Source: Octopus bimaculoides
Lineage: Eukaryota
NCBI RefSeq assembly: GCF_001194135.2
Contig: NC_068993.1
Coordinates: 5,722,225 to 5,786,224, forward strand
DNA length: 64,000 nucleotides
Direction of reading: 5' to 3'
Position numbers and translations under genes: made by a program. Shown here one piece after another: positions 63,123 through 64,000 of the stretch. Within the stretch, counting starts at the first letter, position 1, and the number at the start of each line of letters is the position of its first letter. Below the pieces are notes generated by a model. It was not told where the DNA came from, did not search any database, and was given only the letters and a program-made list of their open reading frames with translations.

Positions 63123-63342
63123 AAGGCGGCGAGCTCGCAGAATCGGTAGCGCACTGGACGAAATGCATACCGGTATTTCGCCCATCGCTACGTTCTGAGT
63201 TCAAATTCCGCCGGGGTCGAATTTGCCTTTCATCCTTTCGGGGTCGATAAATTACGTACCAGTGAAACACTGGGATATATTTAATCGACTAGTCCCCAAC
63301 CCACAAATCTGAGGCTTTGTGTCCCCAGTAGAAAGGATTATA
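63123..63342 (+). mobile_element. SINE family A, full length
   Basis: AAGGCGGCGAGCTCGCAGAATCGGTAGC...GAGTTCAAATTCCGCCGGGGTCGAATTTGCCTTTCATCCTTTCGGGGTCGATAAATTACGTACCAG...AGTAGAAAGGATTA. Confidence 0.93.
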
Positions 63343-64000
63343 TTTAGGTTACTAAGAACAGAAATTTATTGAGCTCTTTGGTAAAATTGCGCACTAAAGC
63401 ATACATTCTTATATTATTTTCAGAAAAGTTTAAAAATTTACAGCTCTAAGCATGGGTAAAATCTAAACTTAATGCTCTTTGCTATAGTTTTCCTACGTGC
63501 TAGGAAAATCTATTTAAATCTGCAGATATCTTAAGTGAATATTTAGATCTCGTGTCATACGCAGTTCGTTTCACCGACATATATATAACTTAATTCACTT
63601 CAAAAATCTTATATTTGCCCTCCGGCTCAACAAGGTTTCACTTGTGTTTTTATAATGTACACCAGCAAGCACTAACGCGTACGTGTCTCGGTTATGTAAT
63701 GTATAATTATTTGAATATATTTAGTTTGAGTTGCTTTTAATTCAGTTAGATTACACCCCCACCCACACGTACGCACGCACATATGTATGTCCGAAAGAAA
63801 AAGTTGTGACATTGCCGACGGGAATCGAACGCCGTAACAGGTGTAAAACGCACACTTACGCACACACAAAAAGCATATTTCAAATGATATACATATTATA
63901 CATACATATATCATTTGATATATATATACATATATATATATATACACACACATATATATGTAGAAACACACACACACACATGTATATATATATACATATA

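Noticed and set aside
63808-63835. Isolated B-box-like GTTCGATTCCC on the minus strand
   Set aside because: No A-box or cloverleaf around it.
1-64000. Most ORFs in the supplied track ([24 protein letters not shown], poly-X)
   Set aside because: They are translations of di-, tri- and tetranucleotide microsatellites or of N-gaps; no domain-like content.

Overview
AT-rich, microsatellite-saturated eukaryotic genomic DNA with many N-gaps (short-read scaffold). The repeat families and simple-repeat load look like an octopus genome; that is an inference from pattern recognition, not a search. I found no protein-coding exon I can identify, so the window looks intronic or intergenic. Nearly all listed ORFs are translations of microsatellites or gaps. 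Supportable content: (i) three tRNA-derived SINE-like families (here A, B, C) and a fourth (CAA)n-tailed repeat (D), in many copies; (ii) two CR1-group LINE relics; (iii) three relics of R4/Dong-type retrotransposons, each in or next to (TAA)n microsatellites; (iv) MITE-like inverted repeats and a hAT-like end. The most notable find is two type I hammerhead ribozyme motifs with intact cores (34621-34672 on +, 27648-27695 on -) of the minimal kind known from Penelope-like elements, plus one degenerate candidate. Several splice-site-like arrangements on the minus strand are listed as speculative leads only.
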